From the NCBI GenBank assembly GCA_964016885.1, contig OZ024747.1, forward strand, positions 66,650,001-66,714,000: 64,000 bases of DNA. Direction: 5' to 3'. The stretch comes from Eledone cirrhosa (lineage: Eukaryota). This document shows, one piece after another, positions 1 to 12,993 of the stretch; position 1 is the stretch's first letter, and each line of letters starts with the position of its first letter. The position numbers and the translations under genes were made by a program. The notes under the pieces were generated by a model. The model saw nothing but the letters and a program-made list of their open reading frames with translations, did no database searches and was not told where the DNA came from.

Positions 1-359
1 ATCTTGGCGAGGTGTTCACGGGGACAAGGCACGACAGTCAAGCGGTAGTAGATGACGGACGCTATGAAAGTGTTCGCCACCTCCGCTCGACCTTTCAAGG
101 ACAGTTTGCACTCTGCCCACTTCTGAGTGAGTGCAAACACCTTGGCCGTGACCTCGTTCCAGTTTTTCTCCACCTGGAGGTCTGGACCGAACCAGACCCC
201 GAGCAATTTCACCGGTCCGTCCATCCAGCGTCCAACGACGCTGTCGGATGTCATCGGTTTGCCTCTCCACGTACCGAGTTGCAAACCGACAGACTTGTCT
301 GGGTTTAGTTTTGCTCCCGTCAGCGTTTCGTATTCTTTCAGTATGTTGCCGATCACCCC

Positions 360-360
<1 letters not shown>
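1..360 (-). mobile_element. 5'-truncated Tx1-clade LINE fragment (RT thumb region) of a family distinct from A/B/C; runs off the window edge
   Basis: Minus-strand translation gives ...KSVGLQLGTWRGK...GPVKLLGVWFGPDLQ...KLSLKGRAEVAN, homologous to the intact ORF2s here but diverged. It abuts (GATA)n at 361. Confidence 0.85.

Positions 361-400
<40 letters not shown>
361..400. repeat. (GATA)n microsatellite
   Basis: Direct reading. Confidence 0.95.
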
Positions 401-401
<1 letters not shown>

Positions 402-589
402 GAGGGAGCGAGAGAAATAGAGATACAACTAGAGATACAGACAGGCAGATATGTAGGTAGACAGATATATACAAACGTAGATAGTTATATATTGTTGTTG
501 TTATAAACTATAGGCCCCCGAGTTGGATATGTCTTGTAATCGCTGTGTTTAAGAGAGTGGATTAGGGAGGAAAATATCAAACCTCATAC

Positions 590-977
<388 letters not shown>

Positions 978-1171
978 GCATCCATTGTTATTATCAAGAG
1001 ATAAGAAGATAAAATCGCCTGAAACAAAATATCGATCTTCAAATAAACCAGAAAATATACAAAACTTTACAAAAGAATCTCTTTTCTAAAATTTACTTTG
1101 CGTGTGGATTTATGTAAACATAGTATCATCCTTATTATCATTAGTATTATTCTCATCGTTATTATTATTAT

Positions 1172-1313
1172 TATTGGGGAATTTTTCTTTGTTATTTTAT
1201 TACATCCTCTGTTTTTTTTACACGCAGAAATGCCCATTTGTACCGTCCTGTATTGTCCTGTACTGTCCTTAATGTCTACTCTATGTAAACCCTTGTGGTT
1301 AATAAAGAAAACA
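1172..1313 (+). mobile_element. Extreme 3' fragment (3' UTR) of a Tx1 element, C-type variant
   Basis: Matches the 3' UTR at about 58089-58230 (reverse complement), including AATAAAGAAAACA. Flanked by (TTA)n on both sides. Confidence 0.85.
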
Positions 1314-1567
1314 TTATGATTATTATTATTATTATTATTATTATTATTGAATGCTATGGTTGACGGAGGCTCGGCTCTGTAAGGTATTGTAAATTTTGAA
1401 CACTATAACAATTGTAAATTGTTTAAAACTTTAACGAACTTGTAGACAAAAACACCCTCCTCCTCGTGAGAGGGGTCTTTCTGCCCGTTATTTGGTCCTT
1501 CGGGGTTAAATAACTGCTTATTGGGGTTTTGTACCCAATATTTATTTTAAACAAAAAAAAAAACAAC

Positions 1568-3198
1568 ATGGCTACGAAAAAGAAATTTCATAGGTCACTC
1601 CCACTCATTCCGTCTTCTTCTTCCTCAATCATCACTACAGCAGAGAGAAGATTGTCTCTCTCCCTCCCTTCTTTAAATGTGTCTCTCTCCCTCCCTTCTC
1701 TTTCGCAAGCGACGAAAGAAAAGAAAAGTCTCGTGCAAAGCGTGCAAGGTTTCTCCACGACGACGACGACAGCGACGAAACAGGTGTGCGGGAAATACGA
1801 AAACCCAGTTCATTCGTCTGACGTCAGGAATAATAGCAGTAGCAGCCGTAATAACAACAGCAACAGTGACAATGAAAACAACAGTAGCAGCCGCAACAGC
1901 ATCACCAGCAGCATAAACAACAACAGCATTAGCAGCAGCAACACAAACAACAACCACAGCAACAGCGGCGGAGGCAGTAGTCGTAGTACCTGCAGCAACA
2001 ACAAAAGTAACAGCAGCTCTGACGACAACAACAACAGCAGCAAAGAAAAACCAATCTCATTTGCAGGTATTGCGAAAAACTTGGAAACAATCCTCATAAC
2101 AAATGAGGAATTAGAGGAAGCGAAGAAGATGGTGACAAAGACTGGACACCGAGCAATCTGCAAGGCAGCGGAAACATTTTTCGAAACCCAACAGCACTGT
2201 ACCGTCATGTACCGTACAGTAAGTACAAAATCCCGTAGGGTGGAAAGAGCCACAGAGGCTCAAATACAAAAAGCCTTGGGGTCTGTGTGGCAGCGGAAAA
2301 CGCACATCACCCGAGGCAAAAAATATGCCACCGTAGACGTACTTTTTGCCACACCCCAGGAGGCAAAGGCCCAATCCGTAGTGACCCTAAGGAGCGAGGA
2401 AATGGTGTTGGTGCCCTCCTACTGCGGGCAAAAAATTGTGAGGGTCAAACTGACCCACGTCCCCCCCCCGGGATGGCCCCTTCTTGGCTGGCCGCGTCTG
2501 TCCTCGTCGGAATCAAGCACAAAACAACTGTACTGCAAGTACAGAAAAAAGTAAGAGAAGATTGGGTCGGCACCTCCATTGAGATGCTAATCCAAACCAA
2601 CCAGGAGTTGAAAAGGGAGGAAAGAAATGAGAAAAGGTTAAAGTCTACTGCAAAGAGACCCACAGCAGCAACACCACCAACACCATCACCACCCACACTA
2701 GCACCACCATCACCACCGGCGACAACCCCACCGCCAACAACACCTTCAACACCACCACCACAAGCACCAACATCGCAAACACAACAACAAAACACACACA
2801 CCCAGCAACAACGACAAGAAAATAGCAGAACCACACCCCACCCCCAGAAAAACAAATGCACGGCAATAAATACACACAACAAGAAACTAATGACTTACAT
2901 AATTCAACACACAGACATTTCACAACACGACTACATAATACCAGCACCAATCAAAACGCCAACTAACATAAGACTGCTAAAAATAGCACAGAAACAATAC
3001 ACAAACATTAAAACGAAATTCCCCAACGCAGTTGGTGATTTCAGGGACCTAGGAGGAACTATCAATCGAAGAGTATATTCAGACATTCTCTTAGAAGAGC
3101 CGACGACCAGCCGAAGGGACGATTCAACGGTCCCTTCACCAGACGATCAAGTGAAAATGGATGTAAAAACCATCCCTCCTCTACCAAAAGTATGGTAA
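1568..3198 (+). pseudogene. Tx1 A1 ORF1 (frameshifted; internal deletion removes the CCHC knuckle)
   Basis: ORFs 1529..2554 and 2287..3198 match ORF1 at 48521..50599. There is a frameshift at the C-run near 2461-2470, and the sequence between QTNQE and LKREERNEK is missing. Confidence 0.9.
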
Positions 3199-3233
3199 GT
3201 GGTCTTTCCCATCTTTTCCACTCTATTTTAAAC

Positions 3234-6200
3234 ATGACCTCACTCAGAATAGGCAGCATAAATGCGCGTGGCTTGGGGTCGTCATGGAAGCAGGGTCACC
3301 TGCTCAACGACCTCAGGTCACTAAACATAGTTGTAGTCGCCATCAGCGAGACCAGAATCTCCGAAGCACGGGCCTTCGCACCGATCTTCGGCGGCTACGA
3401 TGTGTACGCATCTCCCAGCCGTCCTGGATCGGGGGGAGGAGTTGCTGTGCTTTTTCGGAGAGGTTTGGATCTCGCCATACGGGCCATCTTCCTGAACCCA
3501 GAGGGTAAGCTGGTGGTGCTGGACGTGACCAGCGGAGACGGGCAAGCTTTCAGGCTAGTGGCCGTCTATGCCCCGACAGGAGCAGGGCGGCCTGATTTCT
3601 TCCGGCGTCTGGAGACCTTTCTTGGAACGTCCCGCTCTTTAGTGTTAGTGGGCGACTGGAACGGGATCTTAGATGCACGCTGGGACTGTGTGGGATTAGC
3701 GGATAGGGGTGGAGGGTGCAAGAGCCTCACCAACCTGCTCAGGCGTTTTGAACTGTCTGACAGGTACCGATTGGATTTCCCGAATGCGCCAATGTGGACT
3801 TGGACAAACCGCATAGGGTCATTCAGATCATATCTAGATAGAGTATTTTGTAGGGAAATAGATAGGTCTAGCATAGGCTGTCCACAATTCAAGATAGTCA
3901 GCTACACGGACCACAAATTCGTGATCTGTGTGCTTGACTTAGATAGGCTTCATAGACGAGAACCCGGCTACTGGAAGCTAAACGCGTCCTTACCAGCGCG
4001 CAAGGCCTACAGAGACCGGATTAGCGAACTAGTTAAGCGGGCGTTGACGGGGGCCATCGTCAACAACAAGTGGTGCTTTGCTCTGAAAAGACCGATTAGA
4101 ATAGAATCCATTAGGTTTAGTAAGGCTTTAGCAATAGAGAAAAATAGAGCAGAGCGAGAACTAGTTAGAAAATTAGACGAGGCGCTTAGCAAAGGCATTG
4201 CGACCGACGTGCTTGCGGCGAAATTGGCCCTTGACCAATTCTTCAACGCAAAGCACGAAGGCTGCGTTGTCAGAGCAAGGGTGCGTGCTCTCAGACACGA
4301 GGGGACGAAAGCCGTTCAATGGGCCCGAGTGAGGGAGGCGCATCGTGGCAACAAAGCCACGATCTGGATTTGGTGGACCACGACGAGCGCATGCTACTCG
4401 ATCCCGGGCAAATGTGTGAAGCTTTTCAGCGACACTTCGCTCAGCTGTTCGGGGGCAGCGGTGGGCCGGGTCGAGGGATGGACTTTAGTGTCTACCTCGA
4501 CGGACTGCCGCGGCTCTCGGCCACTGAGGCGAAGTGTTGCGAAAAGCCGATAACAGCCGCTGAAGTAAGGGAGGCAATGACTGGCTGCACAAGGGGTAAA
4601 TCGCCTGGTTTGGATGGTCTGCCCTATGAACTTTACGTACAGATGCCAGACTTGTTCGGAGGCCTCTTGGCGGACGTCTACTGCAACTGGCAACAGAACG
4701 GAGAATTCCCAGTTCTGTGAGCCGAGGAGCGGTGGCACTGCTGAGAAAGGATCCGAACAAGGGGGATAACATAGATAATTTCCGGCCCATAACTCTGCTA
4801 AACACAGAGTTCAAGATTTTGGCCAAGGTGCTAGCAAAGAGGTTGGCGCTTGTCATTGGTGGTCTGGTGGGAGAGGTGCAGACATGCGCCATTCCCGACA
4901 GATCCATCCACGACAACCTCCACCTCATGCGATACATCGTAGAGAGGGTAGCTAAGGAACCTGGCACGGGTGGGTCCTTGATCAATTTAGATCAGTCGAA
5001 AGCTTTCGATAGGGTCGACCATCGTTACCTAGCGGCAGTCCTGAGGGCGGCTGGCTTTGGGCCCGTCTTCAGAGGCTGGATCGCTGCCATGCACAGCGAC
5101 ATCTGCTCTGTGGTGAGAGTGAACGGTCACCTGTCGGAACCGTTCAACATCATGCGCTCGGTCCGCAAAGGATGTCCCCTCTCGTCCCTCTTGTACGTAT
5201 TGACTCTCGAGCCATTACTGCACAAACTGGAGACGTTGAGGGGCGTCCCGCGCGAACTAGGATGCGGAAGATCCGTGTCAGCATATGCGGACGATGTCAC
5301 CGTAGTGGTGTCGAACGCCAAACACATCGAGGCGATCGGCACTACACTAAGAGAATACGAAGCGGTGACAGGAGCAATGATCAACCAGGAAAAGTCAGTG
5401 GGCCTGCAGCTCGGCACCTGGAGAGGCAGGTCCATGCCGTCCAACAGCTTCGTCGGACGCTGGACGGACGGACCGGTTAAATTGCTAGGGGTCTGGTTCG
5501 GTCCGGACCTCCAGACGGACAAAAACTGGGACGAGGTGACGAGCAGGGTGGCTTCTCTCACCCAGAAATGGGCGGAGAGGAAGCTATCCCTGAAAGGTCG
5601 AGCGGAGGTGGCTAACGCGTACATCGCGTCTGTCATCTGCTACCGCCTGACCGTCGTACCTTGTCCTAAGCCTCGCCTGACTGCGCTGGAGGGTTTGCTC
5701 TTTCGCTTTTTGTGGAAGGGACGCGCTCCGATGGTCAGGCGGTCCATCTGTTGTCAACACCCGCTACGTGGAGGGCTGGGCATGCCGTGGCTGATGATGC
5801 GCAGGCACGCGCTCAGGCTACGACATCTCCACCTCTTCCTCGACGGTGATCAGGTGTGGTCGCCGTTTGCGAGACACGTATTTCCCCAGCTCGTTTCCTT
5901 GACGGAGCTGCAGCCCTGGGTCAAGCGAAGACCGAGAGAGAGCGCCTGGAGACTGGAATGTCTTCAGGCGCTCACAGCCCTCGACCAATCGGGCAATGTG
6001 ATCGGTGGAAACTCCACCTCGGCGTTCTATAGAGGATTAGTGGAGGGGAAGAGCGACGACGTACTTGGGGAAACTCTAGGCGTCGACGAAAAGAACTTTC
6101 GGGCCAGGGCCTATGGACAACTTCCAGAAATCTCTGGCCTGGCAGTGCTACCGAGGAGCCTTGCCAGTTCGGGATAAACTCTACAGGCATGGAGGTGCCG

Positions 6201-6573
6201 TTAGCCGGGCATGTCCGAGATGCGCGCAGGGCGACGAAACCGTCCTGCACGCACTCGTCCAGTGTCCGAAAATTGCTGACTTGTGGGTTTATGTCGAACA
6301 CCTGCTGTAACGTGTAGGACGGATCCAGCTATCAGCTGAGTCCATCGTGAGGATTGCCCCGCCCTCCTCCTTTAGCCGGGAAGGGCAGGCAGTTTTTATC
6401 TGTCTGGTGGCCATGGCGAAAGAGATAGTATGGTGGACACGTTTGAAAGGGCTGAAGACGAGCACTTACCTCTTCGGTGGGATGTGCTCTCTTCCCAGCA
6501 TTTTGTTGAAAGATGGGTGAGATAAGCAAGAATGGCCCGAGTGAATGGGCCTACTCTGAGTATATATCTGTAA
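3234..6573 (+). pseudogene. Tx1 A1 ORF2 (APE endonuclease-RT), several frameshifts, stops and deletions
   Basis: APE motifs GDWN, SYLDRVF and TDHK; RT motif YADD; C-terminal CPRC..H...C. Split across ORFs starting at 3192, 4319, 4717 and 6113. Confidence 0.92.
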
Positions 6574-6820
6574 ATTAAAGGTGGAAAACTAGGAGAGGGC
6601 ACTTGCCTTGGTGGTCAGGGTTATTGTGGCTTTTTACTGGGCTTTCTCCACAAATGTCCCTCCGAAGTATCCCCCTATTGGGGAATTTTTCATTGTTATT
6701 TTTTGTTACACCCTCTGTTTTTGTTTTTTACACGCAGAAATGCCCATTTGTACCGTCCTGTATTGTCCTGCACTGTCCTTAATGTCTACTTTATGTAAAC
6801 CCTTGTGGTTAATAAAGAAA

Positions 6821-6855
<35 letters not shown>

Positions 6856-6938
6856 GTTATTACTCTTTGAGTCTCAGTCATTGATGTTAGTTAACTGGAA
6901 AGTTTGTTGAAATGAATATCAAGCCACTACCTGCAGCC

Positions 6939-9900
6939 TCAGATATTCAGGACGTATCGGAGGGTTCTTGCTGTTCCAAGCAAGCATGCCTTTTGAAGCG
7001 TTCCAAAAAGCGTGAAGGGGCCAATTTTCTTTAACCATCTCTGGAAACTTTTTGAGATAGTCCCTAGTGCGCCTATGACAATCGGGATCACTTTGACTTC
7101 ATGGCAGTTCCAAATCCTTTTTACCTCCCACTTTAAGTCCTGGTATCGGTTAATTTTCTCCCTCTCCTTCTCTTGCACTCTCGTGTCGAATGGGCAGGCC
7201 ACATCCACAATCAGGCACGATCTTTTTTCTTTGTCCAAAACCACCAGGTCAGGTCTATTGTGTTCCAGTTTCTTGTCCCTCTGTATCCTAAAATCCCCAA
7301 GCACCTTCACCTGATCGTTTTCTATCACCGCGTCTGGCTTATGCTCATACCACTTCTCAGAATGTGGTAAATTGTTTACTTTGCATAGGTGCCAGTAGAT
7401 CACCCTGCCCATCACATTATGTCCCCAGCCCTTATAGTGAGTCTGGGCTAGGTGTTTACACTCGGATACAATGTGAGCCACAGTCTCCTCTCTCTATCTC
7501 CACAGATCCTGAACAGTGGGCTAGCCTCCTCCTTGTAAATGTGGTGTTTCAACCACTACGTTTTGAGGGCCTGCTCCTGCGCAGCCATTAACATTCCTTC
7601 TGTAGCCTTTTTAAGGTCTCCTCTTTTCAACCAGTTCCATGTCTGTGGATCTCTAAATTCAGTTTTCTCAAAGAAGGTACTATGAAGGGATTTTTCCTGA
7701 AGGCTACTCTTTCTCCTTGATGTTATTTCCTCCTTGGACATCTCCTGGCCTATTGTCCCCTCCTTCAGTACAGTTCTGAGCATTACTAACAGTCACGTTT
7801 TTGTGTAGGTTGTTTTTCTCCATCTGAACACAGTTCTCTATACTGATAAGACCTCTTCCACCTTCAGATCTCCTTAAGTAGAGTCTATCGACATCACTCC
7901 TCTTGTGGAACATATTGTAGATAGTCAATAGCTTCCTAGTCTTCCTATCCATTTCTTTTTGTTCAGCAACATTCCATCTCAGAATTCCCGCACTGTACCT
8001 AATAATAGACACAGCTCGGGAATTTACTGCACTTATGGCATTCCTACTGTTCAGATGTGACTTTAATACGCTCCTTACTCTCCGAATGTATTGAGATCTT
8101 ATCAATTCCTTCATTTTTTTGTTCTTGATGTCATCAGCCTCCAGAACACCCAAATACTTGTATCCTTCTTCAGTGTCAATTTCCTTTATCAGCTGACCTA
8201 TTGTTATCTGGATTCCGTTACTTCTGCTCAACTTACCCCTCCTCATCACAATGACTCCACACTTACTAATACCAAATTGCATACATATATCATTGCTGAA
8301 AATACGGACAGTGTCAACAAGCACATCCAACTCCTTCTCACTCTTCCCGAAGAGCTTAAGATCGTCCATGAAGAGGAGGTGATTGATGGTTATCCCTCCC
8401 TTTCCCAACCTGTATCCTGCTCTCACTTTTCGCAGTACACTGGTCAGGGGCATCAGGGCAAGGACAAACAACAGAGGGGACAGACTATCTCCCTGGAAGA
8501 TACCTCTCTTGATCTTCACGCTTCCCAAGGATTCTCCAGTTGATGTTAACTCTGTTTCCCAGGACTTCATACTTTTGCCCAACATACTTTTGTCTGATGT
8601 TATCTGCCACCTTGAAGATCTCCAGGCTATTGGTGATCCAAGAATGAGGCATCATGTCAAATGCCTTTTTGTAGTCTATCCATCCCAGGGCAAGACCAGT
8701 TAGTCTCCTCTTGCAATTTCTCATTACCATCTTATCAATAAGTAACTGGTCCTTTGTACCACGTGACTTCTTTCGGCATCCTTTCTGTTCGTCCGGTAAC
8801 AAGTTGTTTGTGTGGAGGTGATGGTAGATTTCCTCAGACATAATGCTTGTCAACAGTTTCCACATTACGGACAGACATGTGATAGGTCTATAATTGGTAA
8901 CATCATTACCCTTGATTCGGTCTTTCATTGTCAGAACTGTGGTACCTTTTGTCAACCACTCTGGTACCTCACCTGACATCAAGCAGTCATTGAACATGGT
9001 TGTCAGTTTCGGGTGGAGGGATGTTATGTTTTTAATCCAATACCCCTGCACACCATCTGGGCCAGGTGATTTCCAGTTGGTTAGTTTTTTGGCCTGCCCC
9101 TTAAGAGTTTCAACTGTGATACTCAAATCAGTTTGTTGGTGTGCCTGTTCACTGATCTCCTTCTGTACTGTCTCAATCCACACTGCTTGGTCATTATGTT
9201 TAACATCCTGCTCCCATAGTCCTCTCCAGAATGTTTTAGTTTTTTCCGCCTCAGGGATCAAGTCGTTGCCTCTTTCTTTCCCTTCAAGCTGTCCAAACAG
9301 CATCTTCTGGTTGTTGTTGAACATGCGGTTCTGTCTATACTGACTGACTCTGTTCTCGTATCGACTGATTTTTGCACTCTTTGCTACAATGCGTTGCTTC
9401 AGTTCCTCTATGATAATATTTAGCTTTTTCCTCCTAGTTTTGTACTTTATTTCCAGTCTATTTTTAGTGTCTATGTTTTTTAGTGTCCCATTCAGTAGGG
9501 ACTCAAGCTTTCCAATGTCATTTCTCATTTCCCTGATTTGACCACTCAGTCGTTTCTTCCACCAAGGCTCTGCTCTTTCTTGTCTGTTGTTTCCTCTCGC
9601 TTTTATACCAAGTAGTTTCCTCACCGTATTTGCTGTTGCTTTGAGGATATTGTTGCACTGGTGAAGGCTCCTCGCCTCAAGGTATGGGATGACTTTGTTT
9701 ACCTTAGCTGTTGTTTCTTTTAATTTTCCCTGTTTACAAATCTTAGGTTCATAGGTCTCCCACTATCATTGTTCAATTCATCTACCACTAAGTTTAGGAT
9801 ATCAACCAAATCTTGTCCTAGCCCGTCAGCATTCATCTCCTCAGTGGCCGTATCTCTGTTCCAGGTATTATTTATCTCAGCATTCAGATCATTATCTGCT

Positions 9901-10356
9901 TCGGGTGGTTCCTCCGTTCTCTCGACCTCTTCACCTTCATTTCCCACTGGCTCGTTTGCCTGACATACTCCACTCTCCATCTCCAAGCTAATCTCTCTGC
10001 TCAGTTCCTCCAGTTCCAGCTCGCTTATCCACCCATTAGTTCTTATTACCTGAGCCTGCCCGGCCAGTTTTTGTTCATCTAATTTAAATGGACCAATCTC
10101 AGATGTTATGCATCCTTTTCCTATAGCCTTTCTCCTTGGGGTTACTCTTCAGGTAACATTGCATAACAGTTCTATTCAATTCTTTCGTCCAGTTGGTTCT
10201 GGTCCCTTTCCTTCTTCTTCTTCCTCCGACACCAGCAGTATTTGGTTGACAGCCAGGTCCCTGCTGCTGAGCCAGGGAGCACCTGTTAGGTGAGAGTCTG
10301 TCACATGACATTCTAGTCTCTATTTCACCGTTATTCGAACTGTTTAGGTTCGACAT
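6939..10356 (-). pseudogene. Dong-B single ORF (RT + CCHC + restriction-like endonuclease), frameshifted
   Basis: Colinear fragments 10099..10356, 9720..9986, 8485..9624, 7704..8585, 7556..7783 and 6939..7481. Confidence 0.9.
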
Positions 10357-10681
10357 TTAAACACTCTTATCGAGGATTGGCGAATGTATGGTTACATAAC
10401 CACCGGTGAATTACTCGTCTCCGGTAGTTTCGTCACTCCACGTGACTTTTGTGTGGCATTATCACGCTGTAGACGAACCCAAATAAACAAACAAACAAAA
10501 GGCAGAAAAAACCCCAAAAATGAATAAGCATAAGTTTCATTGTAATGAAGTGTTTGAATGTCTGACTTAGTTTTTCCCTTCCCTTCTCTGTCCGTCCGTT
10601 TGTCTTTCTCTTCATTTTTATTTCCTTTACGTTTTTCGTTGTTGCTGTGCTGCTTTGATTTTTATTTTTGTTTTATTTTAT

Positions 10682-11633
10682 TTTGACCGGGTCATCAATT
10701 CAGTCTATTTATATATTTTGATGCCTTCCTCTTTTAGTGAGAATTCTACAATGTAGCAGGGGCTAGCGGGAGAGAATAGCGGCGGTAGTGATAATGAGGT
10801 AGTGGTGGTGGTGGTGGTGACGGTGCTGTGCTAGCAGCAACTAGCAGGAGGTAGTGGGAGAGAATAGCAGCGGTAGCGATAATGAGGCAGTGGTGGTGGT
10901 GATGTGGTCGTATTACTGTAGTGATGGTATTGAAGACGGTGTAGAAATTTGAGTCGGCTTGACCAGAGTTTTCATCGTGGCAGTGGTGGTGGTATTGGTG
11001 GTGAAATTATCTTTAGTGAAATTATCATTAGTCGCGTATATGTGTTGACATAATTCTTTAATATTGGAATTAAACATTTTGTTAAAACTAAAAGTTTATT
11101 TTTTTTTTTTTATTTTTTTTTATTTTGACCGGGTCATCAATTCAGTCTATTTATATATTTTGATGTCTTCCTCTTTTAGTGAGAATTATACAATGTAGCA
11201 GGGGCTAGCGGGAGAGAATAGCGGCGGTAGTGATAATGAAGCAGTGGTGGTGGTGGTGGCGGCGGTGCTGTGCTAGCAGCAACTAGCAGGAGGTAGTGGG
11301 AGAGAATAGCGGCGGTAGCGATAATGAGGCAGTGGTGGTGGTGATGTGGTCGTATTACTGTAGTGATGGTGTTGAAGTTGGAGTAGAAATTTGAGTCGAC
11401 TTGACCAGAGTTTTCATCGTGGTAGTGGTGGTGGTATTGGTGGTGAAATTATCTTTAGTGAAATTATCATTAGTCGCGTATATGTGTTGACATAATTCTT
11501 TAATATTGGAATTAAACATTTTGTTAAAACTAAAACTTTATTTTTATTTTTTATTTTTTTTTATTTTGACCTGATCATCAATTCAGTCTATTTATATATT
11601 TTGATGTTTTCCTCTTTTAGTGGAAATTCTACA
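10682..11633. repeat. Tandem repeat, unit about 441 bp, two full copies plus a partial third
   Basis: TTTTGACC(G/T)G(G/A)TCATCAATTCAGTCTATTT recurs at about 10682, 11123 and 11565; the third copy stops at the (TTA)n tract. Confidence 0.9.
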
Positions 11634-11640
11634 TTATTAC

Positions 11641-11723
<83 letters not shown>

Positions 11724-11724
<1 letters not shown>

Positions 11725-12738
11725 AGTTGCATTTATCTTGCTTTATGTTCATACGAGTTATCACCAAGTCACAACAAGTGACCTCAAGAGACAACAAAGT
11801 CCGCCATGTTCAAGAAAGAACATACATACTCACACATGCATCTTTAGTGTTTAGACTTGTGATGTACTTATATTGACAGAATCTTCCTTAGTATATGGGC
11901 AGTTCCCATTAGTACTATCTTTTGTATTTCTCCTATACGCGGGTTTCCTGGGATTTGCGATAAGTAATCATTAGACCCCTTAGGTATCATTCCCAGAGCG
12001 CCTACAACCACTGGTATTGTTTTAGTTCTCAATTTCCACATTTTTCCAATTTCTATCTCCAGGTCCTTATACTTGCTCAATTTTTCAAATGTTTTTATAG
12101 ATACATTCTTGTCTATTGGAACAGACATATCAATTAGCAGGCATACCCTCTTTTTAAAGTCCTTCAATATTATATCAGGTCTATTTGCATCTATTTTTCG
12201 GTCTGTTTGGATGCTAAAGTTCCACAAGAATGAGATGTGATCTTTTTCAAGTATGGGAGGTGGTTGATGTTCCCACCAATTCTTTTGATGGGGCAGGTCA
12301 AAATGCTTACACATTATCCAATGTATGTATTGTGCAGCTCTGTCATGCCTGTTTAGGTATTCGGTTGGAGCTATAGGACTGCACATTGAAATTATATGGT
12401 CAATGGTCTCTGGTTGTTTTTTGCATACACGGCATAATGGGCTGTATCCATTTTTTATTATGTTGGCTTGGTAATTTTTTGTTGGCAGACACTGATCTTG
12501 TGCTGATATAATCAGTCCTTCAGTCTCCGATTTCAGTCCAGAGGATTCCAACCACTGATGGGTTAAAGTTTTATCAACATCAGGATTGTTAGCTCGCTCT
12601 GGATATTTTCCATACAGAGGCTTTTCTTGCCATTTCTTAGCCAGTTTCTGTAGCAGTTCTTTCTTTGCAGTTACTTTTACCTGCTTTGCTTTTTCTGTGT
12701 TTTCCATTTCAGCAGTAAATGGGACTTCTGAAATTTGT
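11724..12738 (-). mobile_element. 5'-truncated R4/Dong-clade element, family Dong-C (CCHC + RLE + 3' UTR)
   Basis: ORF 11868..12707 has CRVC..ETIDHIISMC, RHD and NRPDII..LLIDMSVP..K..KY. It is nearly identical to 52097-53108 and is flanked by (TTA)n on both sides. Confidence 0.92.
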
Positions 12739-12993
12739 TATTATTATTATTATTACTATTATTATTATTATTATTATTATTATTGACGAAAGTGGATGTA
12801 CGTTTTTTGAAGCTCCGTGAGTAAGCAATTTTTGAGGATTAATTGTAGAGAATTGTTTATTTTTTGTACCGCTGAAGCATTATAAGACATTAATTTGTAT
12901 CCTGTGAAGGAATAACTCATAATATTTGGGCCTTTTGGCCCAAATATTTGAACTTTATTTTGAAAAAAATAATAATTTTTTTCTCAAAAAAAC

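Larger units (their letters stand above)
1349..6823 (+). mobile_element. Full-length, decayed Tx1-clade non-LTR retrotransposon, family A (copy A1)
   Basis: 5' end GAATGCTATGGTTGACGGAGG matches the 5' end of the copy at 50812. It has ORF1 and ORF2 remnants, AATAAA at 6811, and (TTA)n on both sides. Confidence 0.93.
6863..11633 (-). mobile_element. Near or fully full-length R4/Dong-clade RLE retrotransposon, family Dong-B (decayed); 5' boundary is either about 10480 or 11633
   Basis: N-terminal WTKELNRTVMQCY..GYRKRM motif, RT FMDD, and RLE motif NRPDLVV..IVDVACP..K..Y. The 3' end abuts (TAA)n, tail to tail with Tx1 A1. Confidence 0.85.

Noticed and set aside
5127-5636. Recurrent antisense ORFs (MTDAMYALATSARP..., MIKDPPVPG...) in several Tx1 copies
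   Set aside because: They are shadow frames of GC-rich ORF2. Their lengths vary, they start at non-ATG or arbitrary codons, and they recur only because the copies are homologous.
10361-10480. Structured segment 5' of the Dong-B ORF (GUCAC..GUGAC-GAAAC-UACCGG..CCGGUGG) suggesting a ribozyme
   Set aside because: It lacks the CUGANGA hammerhead core, and I could not fit an HDV or twister fold by eye. An Infernal search would settle it.
10682-11633. CRISPR-like array interpretation of tandem repeats here, at 35520-35880 and at 38562-38782
   Set aside because: Eukaryotic context, whole-unit repetition without unique spacers, and no cas genes.
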